In this document: positions 54,461 to 63,876 of the stretch, piece by piece
Layout: each line of letters begins with the position of its first letter
How positions within the stretch are numbered: position 1 is the first letter of the stretch
Assembly (NCBI GenBank): GCA_035656275.1
Contig: DASRSW010000076.1
Coordinates: 12,740-76,739 of the forward strand
DNA length: 64,000 bases
From: Thermoplasmata archaeon
GTDB lineage: Archaea; Thermoplasmatota; Thermoplasmata; Lutacidiplasmatales; UBA184
Reading direction: 5' to 3'
The notes under the pieces: model-generated
Database searches by the model: none
Seen by the model: only the letters and a program-made list of their open reading frames with translations
Told to the model about the DNA's origin: nothing
Position numbers and translations under genes: made by a program

Positions 54461-55456
54461 TCAGAGATAGTAGCCGTAGGCGTGGATCACCGCGCGCTCC
54501 GCTGAGGCCCACGCCTCCGGTATCTGGTTCCAGCCGGTCTTGAGGTCGCCGATGACGTACAGTCCGGGGATGACCCCGCCGGCCTCGGGCGCCAGGGCAC
54601 GGCAATCTTCGTCGACGACGACGTACCCTTCCGGGTCGAAGGCGCACCCCAACGAACGCGGGATGGTCGAGTGCATGTCGTACCAGCCGAGCCCCGAGAA
54701 CCCACGGTCGTACTCGCGGTGACTGCCATCCTCGAAGCGCACGAAGAACCGCTTTTCCCGTATCCCGTCATAACCGGCGATTCGGTCGGAGCGGTGGGTG
54801 ACGCCCTTCTCCGCCAAGGCGGACTCGAGGCTGCGCCGCTCCTCGGGCGCGGACGCGGCGAGGAACGGCTCTCCGTTCGTCAGGATCTCAAGGGACTTGG
54901 GGCTGAAATGGAGGAGGTCGAGGGCCAGGCGCGCGGTGTACGCGTCGTGCCCGAGGACCGCGATGGACCGCCCCGGCATGTCATGACCGTCACAGAAGAG
55001 ACAGAAGTCCACGATCGCCATGTTGGCCCACGGAAAGACGGCGTCGATCTTCCCGGCGATCTGGGGCATCCGGTCGACGACCCCGAGCGCGAGCACGAGG
55101 ACACGAGAGCGCACGGTCTTCACCTGGCGAAGCCACTCGAACTCGACCTCGAACCCGTCGACGGTGCGCTGGGCCCGGGTGAGCGTGGCCGGAGTGACGT
55201 ACGTCACGCGTTCACTCTCTCCTCGGAGCGCGGCGATCTGCTGGTCGAGGAGCTTGTGGCCCGAGATTCCCTCGGGGAATCCGGGGATGTTGTCCATCTT
55301 TGGCGCATAGTAGGAACGGCTGTACTTGGGTCCGCGGTCGATCAGCAGCGCGGAGTGGTGGAGCAGCCCGGCCTTTAGCGCGGCGTGGAGCCCCGCATGG
55401 CCGCCCCCGGCGACCACGAAGTCGTACTGGTCCCGAAGCCGCGGAAACCCGGCCAC
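54461..55456 (-). CDS. Thioredoxin-reductase-like FAD-dependent pyridine nucleotide-disulfide oxidoreductase
   Basis: Track ORF 54461..55723. The GTG at 55456 gives 331 aa and removes a low-complexity extension that overlaps carA. Motifs are DFVVAGGGHAGLHAA (FAD), CLFCDG (redox CxxC) and a C-terminal GLYVIGD. Confidence 0.75.
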   Translation of the reverse strand: MAGFPRLRDQYDFVVAGGGHAGLHAALKAGLLHHSALLIDRGPKYSRSYYAPKMDNIPGFPEGISGHKLLDQQIAALRGESERVTYVTPATLTRAQRTVDGFEVEFEWLRQVKTVRSRVLVLALGVVDRMPQIAGKIDAVFPWANMAIVDFCLFCDGHDMPGRSIAVLGHDAYTARLALDLLHFSPKSLEILTNGEPFLAASAPEERRSLESALAEKGVTHRSDRIAGYDGIREKRFFVRFEDGSHREYDRGFSGLGWYDMHSTIPRSLGCAFDPEGYVVVDEDCRALAPEAGGVIPGLYVIGDLKTGWNQIPEAWASAERAVIHAYGYYL

Positions 55457-55601
55457 ACGCGGACTAGGGGTCGCCGCATTTGAGCCCTCGTCGGGCCCCC
55501 GGGGTGCGTCGCGGGCGACGTTTCGCGCGCACGACGCCGGTGCGCGGACGTAAAGGTTAAGCCCGTCGCGCCTCCTCGAATCGCTTGGGTTCCTCACCGC
55601 C

Positions 55602-56750
55602 GTGCCGCGGCACCCGGATCGGGCCGAGCTTGCGGGGACCCTATTTCTGGAAGATGGGTCCCGCTTCGAGGGTCGGGGCTTCGGGGCTGCAACCTCCCGG
55701 GTCGGCGAGGTCGTGTTCACCACCGGAATGGTGGGCTATCCCGAGTCGCTGACCGACCCTTCGTACCGCGGCCAGATCCTGACGTTCACCTATCCCCTCC
55801 TCGGCAACTACGGGGTCCCCGCCGTGGGGGCCCGCGACGGGTTCGGTCTACCCGCGCATGTCGAATCGAAGGAAGTGCAGGTACGCGGGGTGGTGGTCCG
55901 CGGACTTACGCACCCCAACCACTGGCAGTCGGAGCGCACTCTCGAGCGGTGGCTCGCCGACTCCGGAGTTCCCGGTGTGGTGGGGGTCGACACCCGCCGG
56001 CTGACCGAGCACCTCCGCGCTCACGGCGTGGTCCGAGGGATCCTCGATGTCGGTCCGAGCGACGACCGACCCACCACCCCCGAGCTGCGTCGTCGGCTCC
56101 ACGCCGCTCCGAAGTACGGGGACGAGAACTTCATGCCGGAGGTCTCCCCCTCGGAACCCCAGCTTCTCGCGGTCGACGGCGCCCCGCTGGTCGCCGTCCT
56201 CGACTGCGGCATCAAGGCGAGCATTCTGCGGGCGCTCCTTGACCGCCGGCTCTCCATCCTCCGGCTGCCCTTCGACCACGAGGTACCGGCCCGCTATGAG
56301 GGAAGGCCCGTCCGGGGCCTCCTGGTCGGGAATGGTCCGGGAGACCCCGCCCTCCTCGCCCCTACGATCGAGGAGCTGGGCCGTCCCTCGAACCGCTCGC
56401 TCCCGACGCTCGGGATCTGCCTCGGCCACCAGCTGTTGGCCCTCTCCCGCGGCGGCTCGACGTTCAAGCTCAAGTACGGTCACCGCGGACAGAACAAGAC
56501 CGTCTGCTTTCCCGATGGACGAGCGCTTATCGTGAGCGAGAACCACGGCTACGCGGTAGACCCCGGTTCGCTTACGAAGACCGGCCTCAAGGCGTGGGCG
56601 TCCAATCCGGACGATGAGACGCTCGAGGGCCTGCGAGACGCCCGTGGCCGGCTTCTCGCGCTGCAGGGGCACCCGGAGGGCCACCCCGGTCCCCAGGAGG
56701 CCGGCTTCGTGTTCGACCTTTTCGCCGGCAAGGTGCGGAGGGCCGCCTGA
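55602..56750 (+). CDS. carA: Carbamoyl-phosphate synthase small (glutaminase) subunit
   Basis: Track ORF of 382 aa. The N-terminus reads LFLEDGSRFEGRGFGA, with the GATase triad context GICLGHQLL and HGY..D. It lies immediately upstream of carB. Confidence 0.95.
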   Translation: MPRHPDRAELAGTLFLEDGSRFEGRGFGAATSRVGEVVFTTGMVGYPESLTDPSYRGQILTFTYPLLGNYGVPAVGARDGFGLPAHVESKEVQVRGVVVRGLTHPNHWQSERTLERWLADSGVPGVVGVDTRRLTEHLRAHGVVRGILDVGPSDDRPTTPELRRRLHAAPKYGDENFMPEVSPSEPQLLAVDGAPLVAVLDCGIKASILRALLDRRLSILRLPFDHEVPARYEGRPVRGLLVGNGPGDPALLAPTIEELGRPSNRSLPTLGICLGHQLLALSRGGSTFKLKYGHRGQNKTVCFPDGRALIVSENHGYAVDPGSLTKTGLKAWASNPDDETLEGLRDARGRLLALQGHPEGHPGPQEAGFVFDLFAGKVRRAA

Positions 56751-56752
56751 CG

Positions 56753-59700
56753 ATGCCCGACCGGCCGCAGAAGGTCCTGGTACTCGGCTCCGGGGCGCTC
56801 AAGATCGGAGAGGCCGGGGAGTTCGACTACTCCGGTAGCCAGTGCCTGAAGGCTCTAGCGGAGGAAGGGGTCTACGCGGTCGTCGTTAACCCGAACATCG
56901 CCACGCTCCAGACCGACCCCTCCACCAACGGCCGGGTCTATTTCCAGCCGCTCACGGCCGACTTCGTCGAGCCGATCCTGGACGCGGAGCGGCCCGAGGG
57001 GGTGCTCCTCTCCTTCGGGGGGCAGACGGCCCTCAACTGCGGCATCGCGCTTGCGGAGCGGGGGGCGTTCCGACGGGTGGGAGCCCACGTCCTCGGCACC
57101 CCCCTCTGGGGCATCCGCGCGACCGAGGACCGGGCGAAGTTCGTCGCGGCGATGGCCCGCGCCAAGGTCCCGACGCTCCCGAGCCGGGCTGTCTACTCGA
57201 TCGACGACGCCTTCGCGGCCGCTGAGACGCTCGGCTACCCGGTGATGGTGCGGGTCGCGTTCACGCTTGGAGGGAAAGGGGGTGGGGTCGCCCATGACCG
57301 CGCGGAGCTTCGCGAGGTCGCGGCGCGGGGACTGCGTCAGAGCCCGGTCGGGCAGATCCTGCTCGAACGGTACGTGGGGGCCTTCAAACAGATCGAGTAC
57401 GAGGTGGTCCGCGACCGCAAGGGGAACGGGCTCACCGTCTGCAACATGGAGAACGTCCTCTCCATGCGGGTCCATACCGGCGACAACATCGTCATCGCCC
57501 CCAGCCAGACGCTCACGGACGCCGAGTACCAACGCCTGCGCCAGGCCGCGCTGCGCGCCGCCGACGCCGTGGGGATTGTCGGCGAGTGCAACATCCAGTT
57601 CTGCCTCAACCCCGAAAGCGAGGAGTACTACGCGATCGAGATCAACGCCCGCCTCTCCCGCTCGAGCGCGCTCGCGAGCAAGGCGACGGGCTATCCGCTC
57701 GCGTACGTCGCCGCGAAGCTCGCGCTCGGCTACACCCTCCCCGAGCTCAAGAACCGGGTGACCGGCGTCACGACGGCCTGCTTCGAGCCGGCGCTCGACT
57801 ACGTCGTGGTCAAGCTCCCCCGCTGGGACCTCGACAAGTTCGTGCACGCCGACCGCGCGCTCGGGCCGTCCATGAAGAGCGTCGGCGAGGTGATGGGCAT
57901 TGGCGCCTCGTTCCCTGAGGCGCTCCTCAAGGCCGTGCGGATGAGCGACCCGCGGGCCGAACTGGTCCCCCCGACGGAGTGCCGACCCCTCGCCGAGTTG
58001 ATGCCGACGCTCGGCCGGCCCGAGCCTGACATCCTCTCGCGGGTGTTGGAGGCCCTGCGGGCGGGCGCCGATCCCGCCGAGATCGCGCGCATCGCCTACA
58101 TCGACCGCTGGTTCGTCGATGCGCTCTCCGAGGTGGAGTCGACGCACCGGGAGCTCGGGGCGCTCGCGGGGGGGACGCTTCCCATGCCGCTCCTTCGCCG
58201 GGCGAAGGAGCTCGGGTTCTCCGACCGGGCCATCGCGCGCTCGGTCCGCCTGGATGAGGAGGAGGTCCGACGCACCCGCATCGCCGCGGGGATCCGGCCG
58301 CGGTTCCGGATGATCGACACCCTCGCCGGGGAGTGGCCGAGCGCGACCAACTACCTCTACCTCACGTACCGGGCCGACGCGGACGATGTGAAACCGACTC
58401 CGCCGGGGAGCGTGCTGGTCCTGGGGGCCGGGCCGTACCGGATCGGTTCGAGCGTGGAGTTCGACTGGTCGACGATGAACCTCGTGGACGGGCTCAAGGC
58501 GGAGGGGATCCCCTCGGTGGCGCTCCTCAACTCGAACCCCGAGACGGTGTCGACGGACTACGACCGCTCGGACCGGCTCTTCTTTGAGGAGATCACGCTC
58601 GAGCGGGTGCGGGACCTGGTCGACTTCAATCACTTCCGCGGCGTCGTGACGTGCGTCGGGAGCCAGCTCGCCCAGAATCTCACGCCGCTCCTCGCGATGT
58701 GCGGGATCCCGGTCCTGGGCACGACGCCCGAATCGATCGACACGGCCGAGGACCGCGCCCGATTCTCCCGGCTGCTCGAGGAGCTTCAGATCCCGCAGCC
58801 CGCCTGGCGCGAGTTCACGACGATGGAAGCCGCGGCCTCCTTCGCCGACGAGGTCGGCTACCCCGTGCTCGTGCGGCCGTCCTACGTGTTGAGCGGCCAG
58901 GCGATGCGGGTCATCCACGGCCAGCGTGACCTTGCGCGCTTTCTCACCGAAGCCGCCCGGCTCTCTCCGGAACACCCCGTCGTCATCACGAAGTTCATTG
59001 AAGGCGCCGACGAGGTCGAGCTCGATGCCATCTCCGACGGGACGCGCGTCCTCGTGGGCGGCATCCTGGAGCACGTCGAGCAGGCCGGGGTCCACTCGGG
59101 CGACGCCATCTTCTGCCTCCCGCCCCGCCACACCGACCTCCGGGTGCAGGAGCAGCTCGTCGAGGCCGCGGGGCGGCTCGCCCGCGCGCTCGACATCAAG
59201 GGCCCGTTCAACGTCCAGTTCCTCGTGAAGGACAAGGCGTACCAGATCATCGAGCTCAACCTCCGGGCAAGCCGCTCCCTGCCGTTCCTGACCAAGGCCA
59301 CGGGGGTGCCGCTCCTTCGGGAGGCGGCCCGGGCGATGCTCGGCCGCCCGCTGACCCGAGAAGGGCTCGCTCCGCTGCCCCCGCACCGTTGGGGGGTCAA
59401 GGTGCCCCAATTCTCGTTCCTCCAGTTGACGGGTTCCGACCCCCTCCTCGGCGTCGAGATGCAGTCGACGGGGGAGGTCGCCTGCTTCGGCCCGACGTTC
59501 TCGGACGCCCTGGTGAAAGCCCTGGTCGCGACGGGGGTCCGTCTCGTCCCGGAGGGCGGCACCGTCTTCCTCTCGGTCGGCGGGACTCGATTCAAGGAAG
59601 AGCTCCTCCCGACGGCGATCCGCCTGGCCGAGCTCGGCTACGGACTCGCCGCGACGGAGGACACCGCCGCGTTCCTGGGCGCCCGCGGGGTTCGCGGCGT

Positions 59701-60070
59701 CCGGGTGCTGCACAAGGTGAGCGAGCCGGACCGCCATCCGAACGTCCTCGAGACCCTGGACCGCGGCGGGATCGACCTCCTCCTCAACGTCCCCTCCTCC
59801 CTGACGCAGGAGAAGCTCGAACGCATGCTCGAGGACGAGTACATCCTGCGGCGGCGGGCGATCGAGCTGGGGCTCCCCCTGTTCACGAGCCTCGAGGCGT
59901 TCCAGGCGTACATCGAGGGGCTGGCCTGGCTCCGCGACCATCCGCTCACGGTCGACGCCCTCTACGGGTCGGCCGAACCGCCGGGGCGTCCCGCAGGGAC
60001 CCCCCGACCGCGCGCTGTCCCCCTCGTGGCCCGCCGGCGGGCCGTCCCCCGCCGGCGCCGCAAGGGCTGA
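56753..60070 (+). CDS. carB: Carbamoyl-phosphate synthase large subunit
   Basis: Track ORF of 1105 aa with duplicated ATP-grasp halves, an oligomerisation domain and an MGS-like C-terminus. It starts 3 nt after the carA stop. Confidence 0.97.
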   Translation: MPDRPQKVLVLGSGALKIGEAGEFDYSGSQCLKALAEEGVYAVVVNPNIATLQTDPSTNGRVYFQPLTADFVEPILDAERPEGVLLSFGGQTALNCGIALAERGAFRRVGAHVLGTPLWGIRATEDRAKFVAAMARAKVPTLPSRAVYSIDDAFAAAETLGYPVMVRVAFTLGGKGGGVAHDRAELREVAARGLRQSPVGQILLERYVGAFKQIEYEVVRDRKGNGLTVCNMENVLSMRVHTGDNIVIAPSQTLTDAEYQRLRQAALRAADAVGIVGECNIQFCLNPESEEYYAIEINARLSRSSALASKATGYPLAYVAAKLALGYTLPELKNRVTGVTTACFEPALDYVVVKLPRWDLDKFVHADRALGPSMKSVGEVMGIGASFPEALLKAVRMSDPRAELVPPTECRPLAELMPTLGRPEPDILSRVLEALRAGADPAEIARIAYIDRWFVDALSEVESTHRELGALAGGTLPMPLLRRAKELGFSDRAIARSVRLDEEEVRRTRIAAGIRPRFRMIDTLAGEWPSATNYLYLTYRADADDVKPTPPGSVLVLGAGPYRIGSSVEFDWSTMNLVDGLKAEGIPSVALLNSNPETVSTDYDRSDRLFFEEITLERVRDLVDFNHFRGVVTCVGSQLAQNLTPLLAMCGIPVLGTTPESIDTAEDRARFSRLLEELQIPQPAWREFTTMEAAASFADEVGYPVLVRPSYVLSGQAMRVIHGQRDLARFLTEAARLSPEHPVVITKFIEGADEVELDAISDGTRVLVGGILEHVEQAGVHSGDAIFCLPPRHTDLRVQEQLVEAAGRLARALDIKGPFNVQFLVKDKAYQIIELNLRASRSLPFLTKATGVPLLREAARAMLGRPLTREGLAPLPPHRWGVKVPQFSFLQLTGSDPLLGVEMQSTGEVACFGPTFSDALVKALVATGVRLVPEGGTVFLSVGGTRFKEELLPTAIRLAELGYGLAATEDTAAFLGARGVRGVRVLHKVSEPDRHPNVLETLDRGGIDLLLNVPSSLTQEKLERMLEDEYILRRRAIELGLPLFTSLEAFQAYIEGLAWLRDHPLTVDALYGSAEPPGRPAGTPRPRAVPLVARRRAVPRRRRKG

Positions 60071-60080
60071 GCGGTCGGGC

Positions 60081-60755
60081 CTAGAACGCGAACTTCGTGA
60101 CCGAGTACTCGGGCACGAGGGTACTGGTGTCGAGGACCTCGGGGATCCCGCGGATCCGTCCCGTCACAAAGTCGAGCACCTGGCGCTTCCCGCCCGTGGG
60201 TCCGGGGAATTCCAGGACGACGAAGACGTCCCAGTCACCCGTGAGGAGATGGAGCTCTTTCACTTCCTTGAGGCCCAGGAGGACGAGCCGGATGCGGTCG
60301 AGGTCGCCGCCGCGGACCTTGATGTAGGTGAACGCTCGGGTCGCCCCCATCTCCGTCGGCATAAGCTCGCAAAGATGCTCCTCGGTGAACGCCTCCGCCC
60401 CCTCGAGGCGCTGGTCCTCGGGGCCGATGAGTACGGGGAAGTTCTGGACGGAACGCAGCCGCTCCGTGACGATCCGCTCGAGGCGGCTGATCTTCGCCAC
60501 GTCGATCGCTTTTACCGTGTAGCCCCGGCGCATGGCGATCTCCTCGGTGAGGGCCACGCACCGCGCCTGGTCGTCGGAAAGGAAGAACGCCTCCTCCCCG
60601 GCGTGGGAGGCGCTCGGGTCCCGCGTCGCGGGCCGGGCGACGTCGGCCGCCGGATTGTCCCCGGGCGCGATGACCGAGGAGGGGCGGAAAAAGCTCGTGA
60701 TGACCTTCTTACTCTGAACGTAGAGGGTGAGTTCCCGGTTCTTCTCGTCGGCCAT
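60081..60755 (-). CDS. Protein with a C-terminal Lrp/AsnC-type ligand-binding (RAM) domain
   Basis: Track ORF of 224 aa. The C-terminus reads AFTYIKVRGGDLDRIRLVLLGLKEVKELHLLTGDWDVFVVLEF...IPEVLDTSTLV. No clear N-terminal HTH. Confidence 0.6.
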   Translation of the reverse strand: MADEKNRELTLYVQSKKVITSFFRPSSVIAPGDNPAADVARPATRDPSASHAGEEAFFLSDDQARCVALTEEIAMRRGYTVKAIDVAKISRLERIVTERLRSVQNFPVLIGPEDQRLEGAEAFTEEHLCELMPTEMGATRAFTYIKVRGGDLDRIRLVLLGLKEVKELHLLTGDWDVFVVLEFPGPTGGKRQVLDFVTGRIRGIPEVLDTSTLVPEYSVTKFAF

Positions 60756-60885
60756 GGAGCACTCTCCGATGGGGGGGCTCTATTTAAACCGTGATTTCCC
60801 CGGACGACACCGGCCCAACCCCGGTCCGTGGGACCGGGGGTGGGAAGGGAAAGGGTTCGCGCGCGATCCGGCCCGCAGGCGCGGA

Positions 60886-61395
60886 TCAGTAGCGCTTGTA
60901 GCTCTCGGAGCGCTCGCGGCCACCGCCGCCCGAGCCGCCGCCACCGCCGCCGCCGCCACCATACGAGCGACCGCCGCCGCCGTAGCCGCCGCCCTGGCGG
61001 TCGCGGTAGCCGCCGCCCCCGAAGGAGCGCCGCTCGGACTCGAATTCCTGCTGGCTCATGTCGAGCGTCTGGTTGACGTCCCCGATCGGCTGGTCCGACT
61101 TCGTCAGGTTGCCGTACCGTCCGACGTTGAGGCGCATGTGGCCCCGCACGAGGGACACATAGCCGTTGTCGACCAGGATGATGTCGTCCTTGGCGATCGA
61201 GCCGATCTGCTCGTTCCACAGGGAAAGCGTGATCACCGCGGTGTCGTCGCCGATGACGGCCTCCGCCACCTTGCGGGGGTCGCCGTACTTTCCCATGACC
61301 TCCTTCGCCTCGCCCACGTTGATGACTTTCGCGTGGACGTTCACTTGCTTCGAGCTCGGGGTCAGGTCTCTCACTTTGGTCAGGGTCTTCTCCAT
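60886..61395 (-). CDS. ssb: Single-OB-fold ssDNA-binding protein with a Gly/Arg-rich tail (crenarchaeal SSB-like)
   Basis: Track ORF of 169 aa. The OB core pattern is VNVHAKVINVGEAKEV...VAEAVIGDDTAVITLSLWNEQ...DIILVDNGYVSLVRGHMRLNVG. The tail is GGGGYRDRQGGGYGGGGRSYGGGGGGGGGSGGGGRER. Confidence 0.75.
   Translation of the reverse strand: MEKTLTKVRDLTPSSKQVNVHAKVINVGEAKEVMGKYGDPRKVAEAVIGDDTAVITLSLWNEQIGSIAKDDIILVDNGYVSLVRGHMRLNVGRYGNLTKSDQPIGDVNQTLDMSQQEFESERRSFGGGGYRDRQGGGYGGGGRSYGGGGGGGGGSGGGGRERSESYKRY
60919..61020. repeat. GCC/GCCACC-type simple-sequence tract encoding the Gly-rich SSB tail
   Basis: The plus strand reads ccaccgccgcccgagccgccgccaccgccgccgccgccacc...gccgccgccgtagccgccgcc...gccgccgccccc. 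Confidence 0.6.
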
Positions 61396-61615
61396 GTCGT
61401 TTCCTCTTTCGCGTTTCGCTTTGTCGTTCGATTCGATGTCGACTCCAAGACGGCTTACGGGCTCTCTCGCGTCAAAAACAAGTCTGACGGCGGGCGCACC
61501 TACCGGGTCGGGGTCTCGATCTCTTCGGGGTCTCCGATTTGGGCCCCCTATTTAACGACTCGTCCCCCCCGCCACGGAGTCGCATGGGAGGGGCTTCGCG
61601 TGGGGCGGCAGGCTT

Positions 61616-62407
61616 TTGGCGCGAGCCTCCGTGGCGAACCCGATTCCGGGTACCGTGAGCCAGAGGTTCGACATCGGGGTACACTACTTCCTAAAGGGGG
61701 AGTACGAGCGGGCGGTCACCGCGTTCCAGGAGGTCCTTCGGGACGAGCCTGCGAACGCCCGCGCCTGGTCGTACATGGGCATCGCCTCCGCCCACTTGGG
61801 CCGCTCGGGGGACGCGGAGAGGGCCCTCTCGAAGTCAATCGAGCTGTCCCCGCAAAACGGGGAGGCCTGGTTCCATCTGGGACTCGCCCGATCGCTCCGA
61901 TCCGAATGGCCCGAGGCGGCGTCGGCGTATCGCCACGCGGTCGCCCTCCAGCCTGAAGACATGGTCGCCTGGCACCGGCTCGGCGTCGCCCTGGCGGAGT
62001 CCGGGGACGAGGAAGCGGCGAGCGTCGCCTTCGAGCGCGCCCTGGTCCTCTCCCGGGAGACCGGTGTCCCTCCGCTCGAAGAGCCGTTCCGGGATTCCCC
62101 CGAACATGGCCACCTGGGCGAACCGACGGAGAAGGAGGGGGGCCGGGAGGCGCAGAGCTGGATCGACCTCGCGCTTTCGCTGCTCAGCCTCGGAGAGGAG
62201 GAGGAGGCGCTCGCCGCGTACGACCGCGCCTTTACGCTCGACCCGGACCGGGCAGGTCGGTCGCTCTTCAAACCGATGCTTCGGCTCCTGACGGCCGCCG
62301 CCGGCCAACCCCTCGAGGACGAACCGGCCGACGACGAGGGCCCCCGACCGCCGCCTCGTCCCAGCCGCGGGCCGAGCGACCGTCCGCCCCGCCCCGAAGT
62401 CGCCTAG
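61616..62407 (+). CDS. Tetratricopeptide (TPR) repeat protein
   Basis: Track ORF of 263 aa with a TTG start. The 34-aa repeats follow the W..LG..Y...G....A...Y..AL.L.P pattern. Confidence 0.8.
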   Translation: MARASVANPIPGTVSQRFDIGVHYFLKGEYERAVTAFQEVLRDEPANARAWSYMGIASAHLGRSGDAERALSKSIELSPQNGEAWFHLGLARSLRSEWPEAASAYRHAVALQPEDMVAWHRLGVALAESGDEEAASVAFERALVLSRETGVPPLEEPFRDSPEHGHLGEPTEKEGGREAQSWIDLALSLLSLGEEEEALAAYDRAFTLDPDRAGRSLFKPMLRLLTAAAGQPLEDEPADDEGPRPPPRPSRGPSDRPPRPEVA

Positions 62408-63564
62408 CGGCCCTTCGCGTCCGCGGGGGGCCGCTCGACGATCACCGACTCGGCCCACGATTTCACCTTCTCGCGGCGCTCGGCATGCTCCTCAAGGAAC
62501 CCCTGGACCCGGTCGATCAGCATCCCCTTGCATTCGCCGCAGAGGAGGGTGCCGCGCCGGCAGCCGTCCGTGATCTGCTGGAACTCCTTCTCGTCGGGGG
62601 CGAATTTCGAGCGCCACGCCGCCCAGATGGAGCAGATCTCGGGGGTCGCGCCCAGCCGTCGCTGCTCCTCCACCGTCGCCCGGCCCCCCGTGAACGCGTG
62701 GCGGATCTTGCGGGTCACCTCTTTCGGCGAATCGTTGAGGAAGAGGGCGTTCTCCGGGACGTCCCCCGTCGTGGACATCACCCGGTCCTGGCCGAGGAGG
62801 CCGGGGAGCATCTTGCTGTGAAGCAGGGCCGGCTTGGGATACCCCAGGGCCTCGGCAATGTCCCGCGTGATGCGGAAGTGCGGGTCCTGGTCGATCCCGC
62901 AGGGGATGAGGCAGGGCACCGGCCGACCGCTGACCCAGGACGGGTAGAAGCTCGGCGCCGTCTGAAGGGCCGTATAGAAGACAAGCCCGATGTTCGTGCT
63001 CGGCGGGAAGCCGAACACCGCCTTCGCGGTGGAGTAGGGGATCTTCTTCGCGGCCTCGGCGGCGAGAGGGTAGAGGGCCGCGATCGAGCGGCTATCGAAG
63101 AAGACGTGGGTCCCTTCGGGGTCGAACCCCACCGCGAGCAGGTCGTAGAGGTTCTCGAGGCCCCAGCGGCGGGTTTCGGCGCGGCTGAGCTTCGGCCGCA
63201 GCCAGAACTTCTCGTCGTCGGTGATCTGGATGTACATCGGGACGTGGAACTTCTTCTGGAGCCAGGCGCAGAGGTCGAACGGGACGAGGTGGGAGGTATG
63301 GAGCGGCCCGCTCGGACCGCGGCCGGAGTAGAGAAAGAAGGGAGTGCCCCGTTCGTACTGGTCGAGGATCGCCCCCAGGTCCCGGTGGGAGTAGTAGATC
63401 TCCCGCGACAGCAACGGATGGAGCTCGCCCCCGGCCGCTGTGCGCAGTCGGGCCAGGAGGTCCGCGGTGATCTCCTGGGTACCGAACTGCTCGCGAAGGC
63501 GGTCGTAATCGATGCGCCCACGCACTTCGTAGGGAGTAACGACGAACTCCGGCTTCTCCGGCAC
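62404..63564 (-). CDS. trpS: Tryptophan--tRNA ligase (archaeal/eukaryal type)
   Basis: Track ORF of 386 aa. The class-I HIGH region is GRGPSGPLHTSHLVPF, followed by IQITDDEKF and a KMSKS-like VMSTTG. Confidence 0.9.
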   Translation of the reverse strand: MPEKPEFVVTPYEVRGRIDYDRLREQFGTQEITADLLARLRTAAGGELHPLLSREIYYSHRDLGAILDQYERGTPFFLYSGRGPSGPLHTSHLVPFDLCAWLQKKFHVPMYIQITDDEKFWLRPKLSRAETRRWGLENLYDLLAVGFDPEGTHVFFDSRSIAALYPLAAEAAKKIPYSTAKAVFGFPPSTNIGLVFYTALQTAPSFYPSWVSGRPVPCLIPCGIDQDPHFRITRDIAEALGYPKPALLHSKMLPGLLGQDRVMSTTGDVPENALFLNDSPKEVTRKIRHAFTGGRATVEEQRRLGATPEICSIWAAWRSKFAPDEKEFQQITDGCRRGTLLCGECKGMLIDRVQGFLEEHAERREKVKSWAESVIVERPPADAKGR

Positions 63565-63567
63565 CGG

Positions 63568-63876
63568 TCACCCCTCGGGGAACGTGATCTTGGCCAGGAG
63601 CTGCTCCCGCTCGGTCGGCGGCACCCCGGCGCTCGCGAGCGCCTCGGCCACGCAGGAGCGGCTGTGGTTGTGGTAGACCGTGTTGCCGCACCCCGGACAG
63701 GTCGTCCAGCCTTCGATCAGGCGGCGCAGGCCGTCCCGGCTCTGGGAGGAATCGCGCCGGGCGAACCGGTCGACGATGACGGCGGCCCCGCTCGAGCTTT
63801 CGAGGTTCGTCAGCGGTACGCGCACGGAGGTGTTACAGACGGGACACCGCGCGGGGGCCCGGCACGTACATCGCAT
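63568..63876 (-). CDS. Small Cys-rich (zinc-finger) protein upstream of trpS
   Basis: Track ORF of 102 aa whose stop lies 3 nt before the trpS start. Cys pairs are CPVCN and CPGCGN. A TATA-like CTTTTATC (minus strand) lies ~25-35 nt upstream of the ATG. Confidence 0.5.
   Translation of the reverse strand: MRCTCRAPARCPVCNTSVRVPLTNLESSSGAAVIVDRFARRDSSQSRDGLRRLIEGWTTCPGCGNTVYHNHSRSCVAEALASAGVPPTEREQLLAKITFPEG

Noticed and set aside
55457-55723. An 89-aa N-terminal extension of the TrxR-like ORF (track start 55723)
   Set aside because: The extension is Arg/Ser/Pro-rich, overlaps the carA start region on the opposite strand, and precedes the FAD-binding GGGHAG fingerprint by far more than is usual. 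An in-frame GTG at 55456 gives a typical ~330-aa protein.
56855-59941. A 1028-aa ORF antisense to carB
   Set aside because: It lies entirely inside the strongly supported carB frame. Its product is Arg/Gly/Pro/Asp-rich and low in complexity. Long antisense ORFs of this kind are expected in GC-rich DNA because stop codons are rare.
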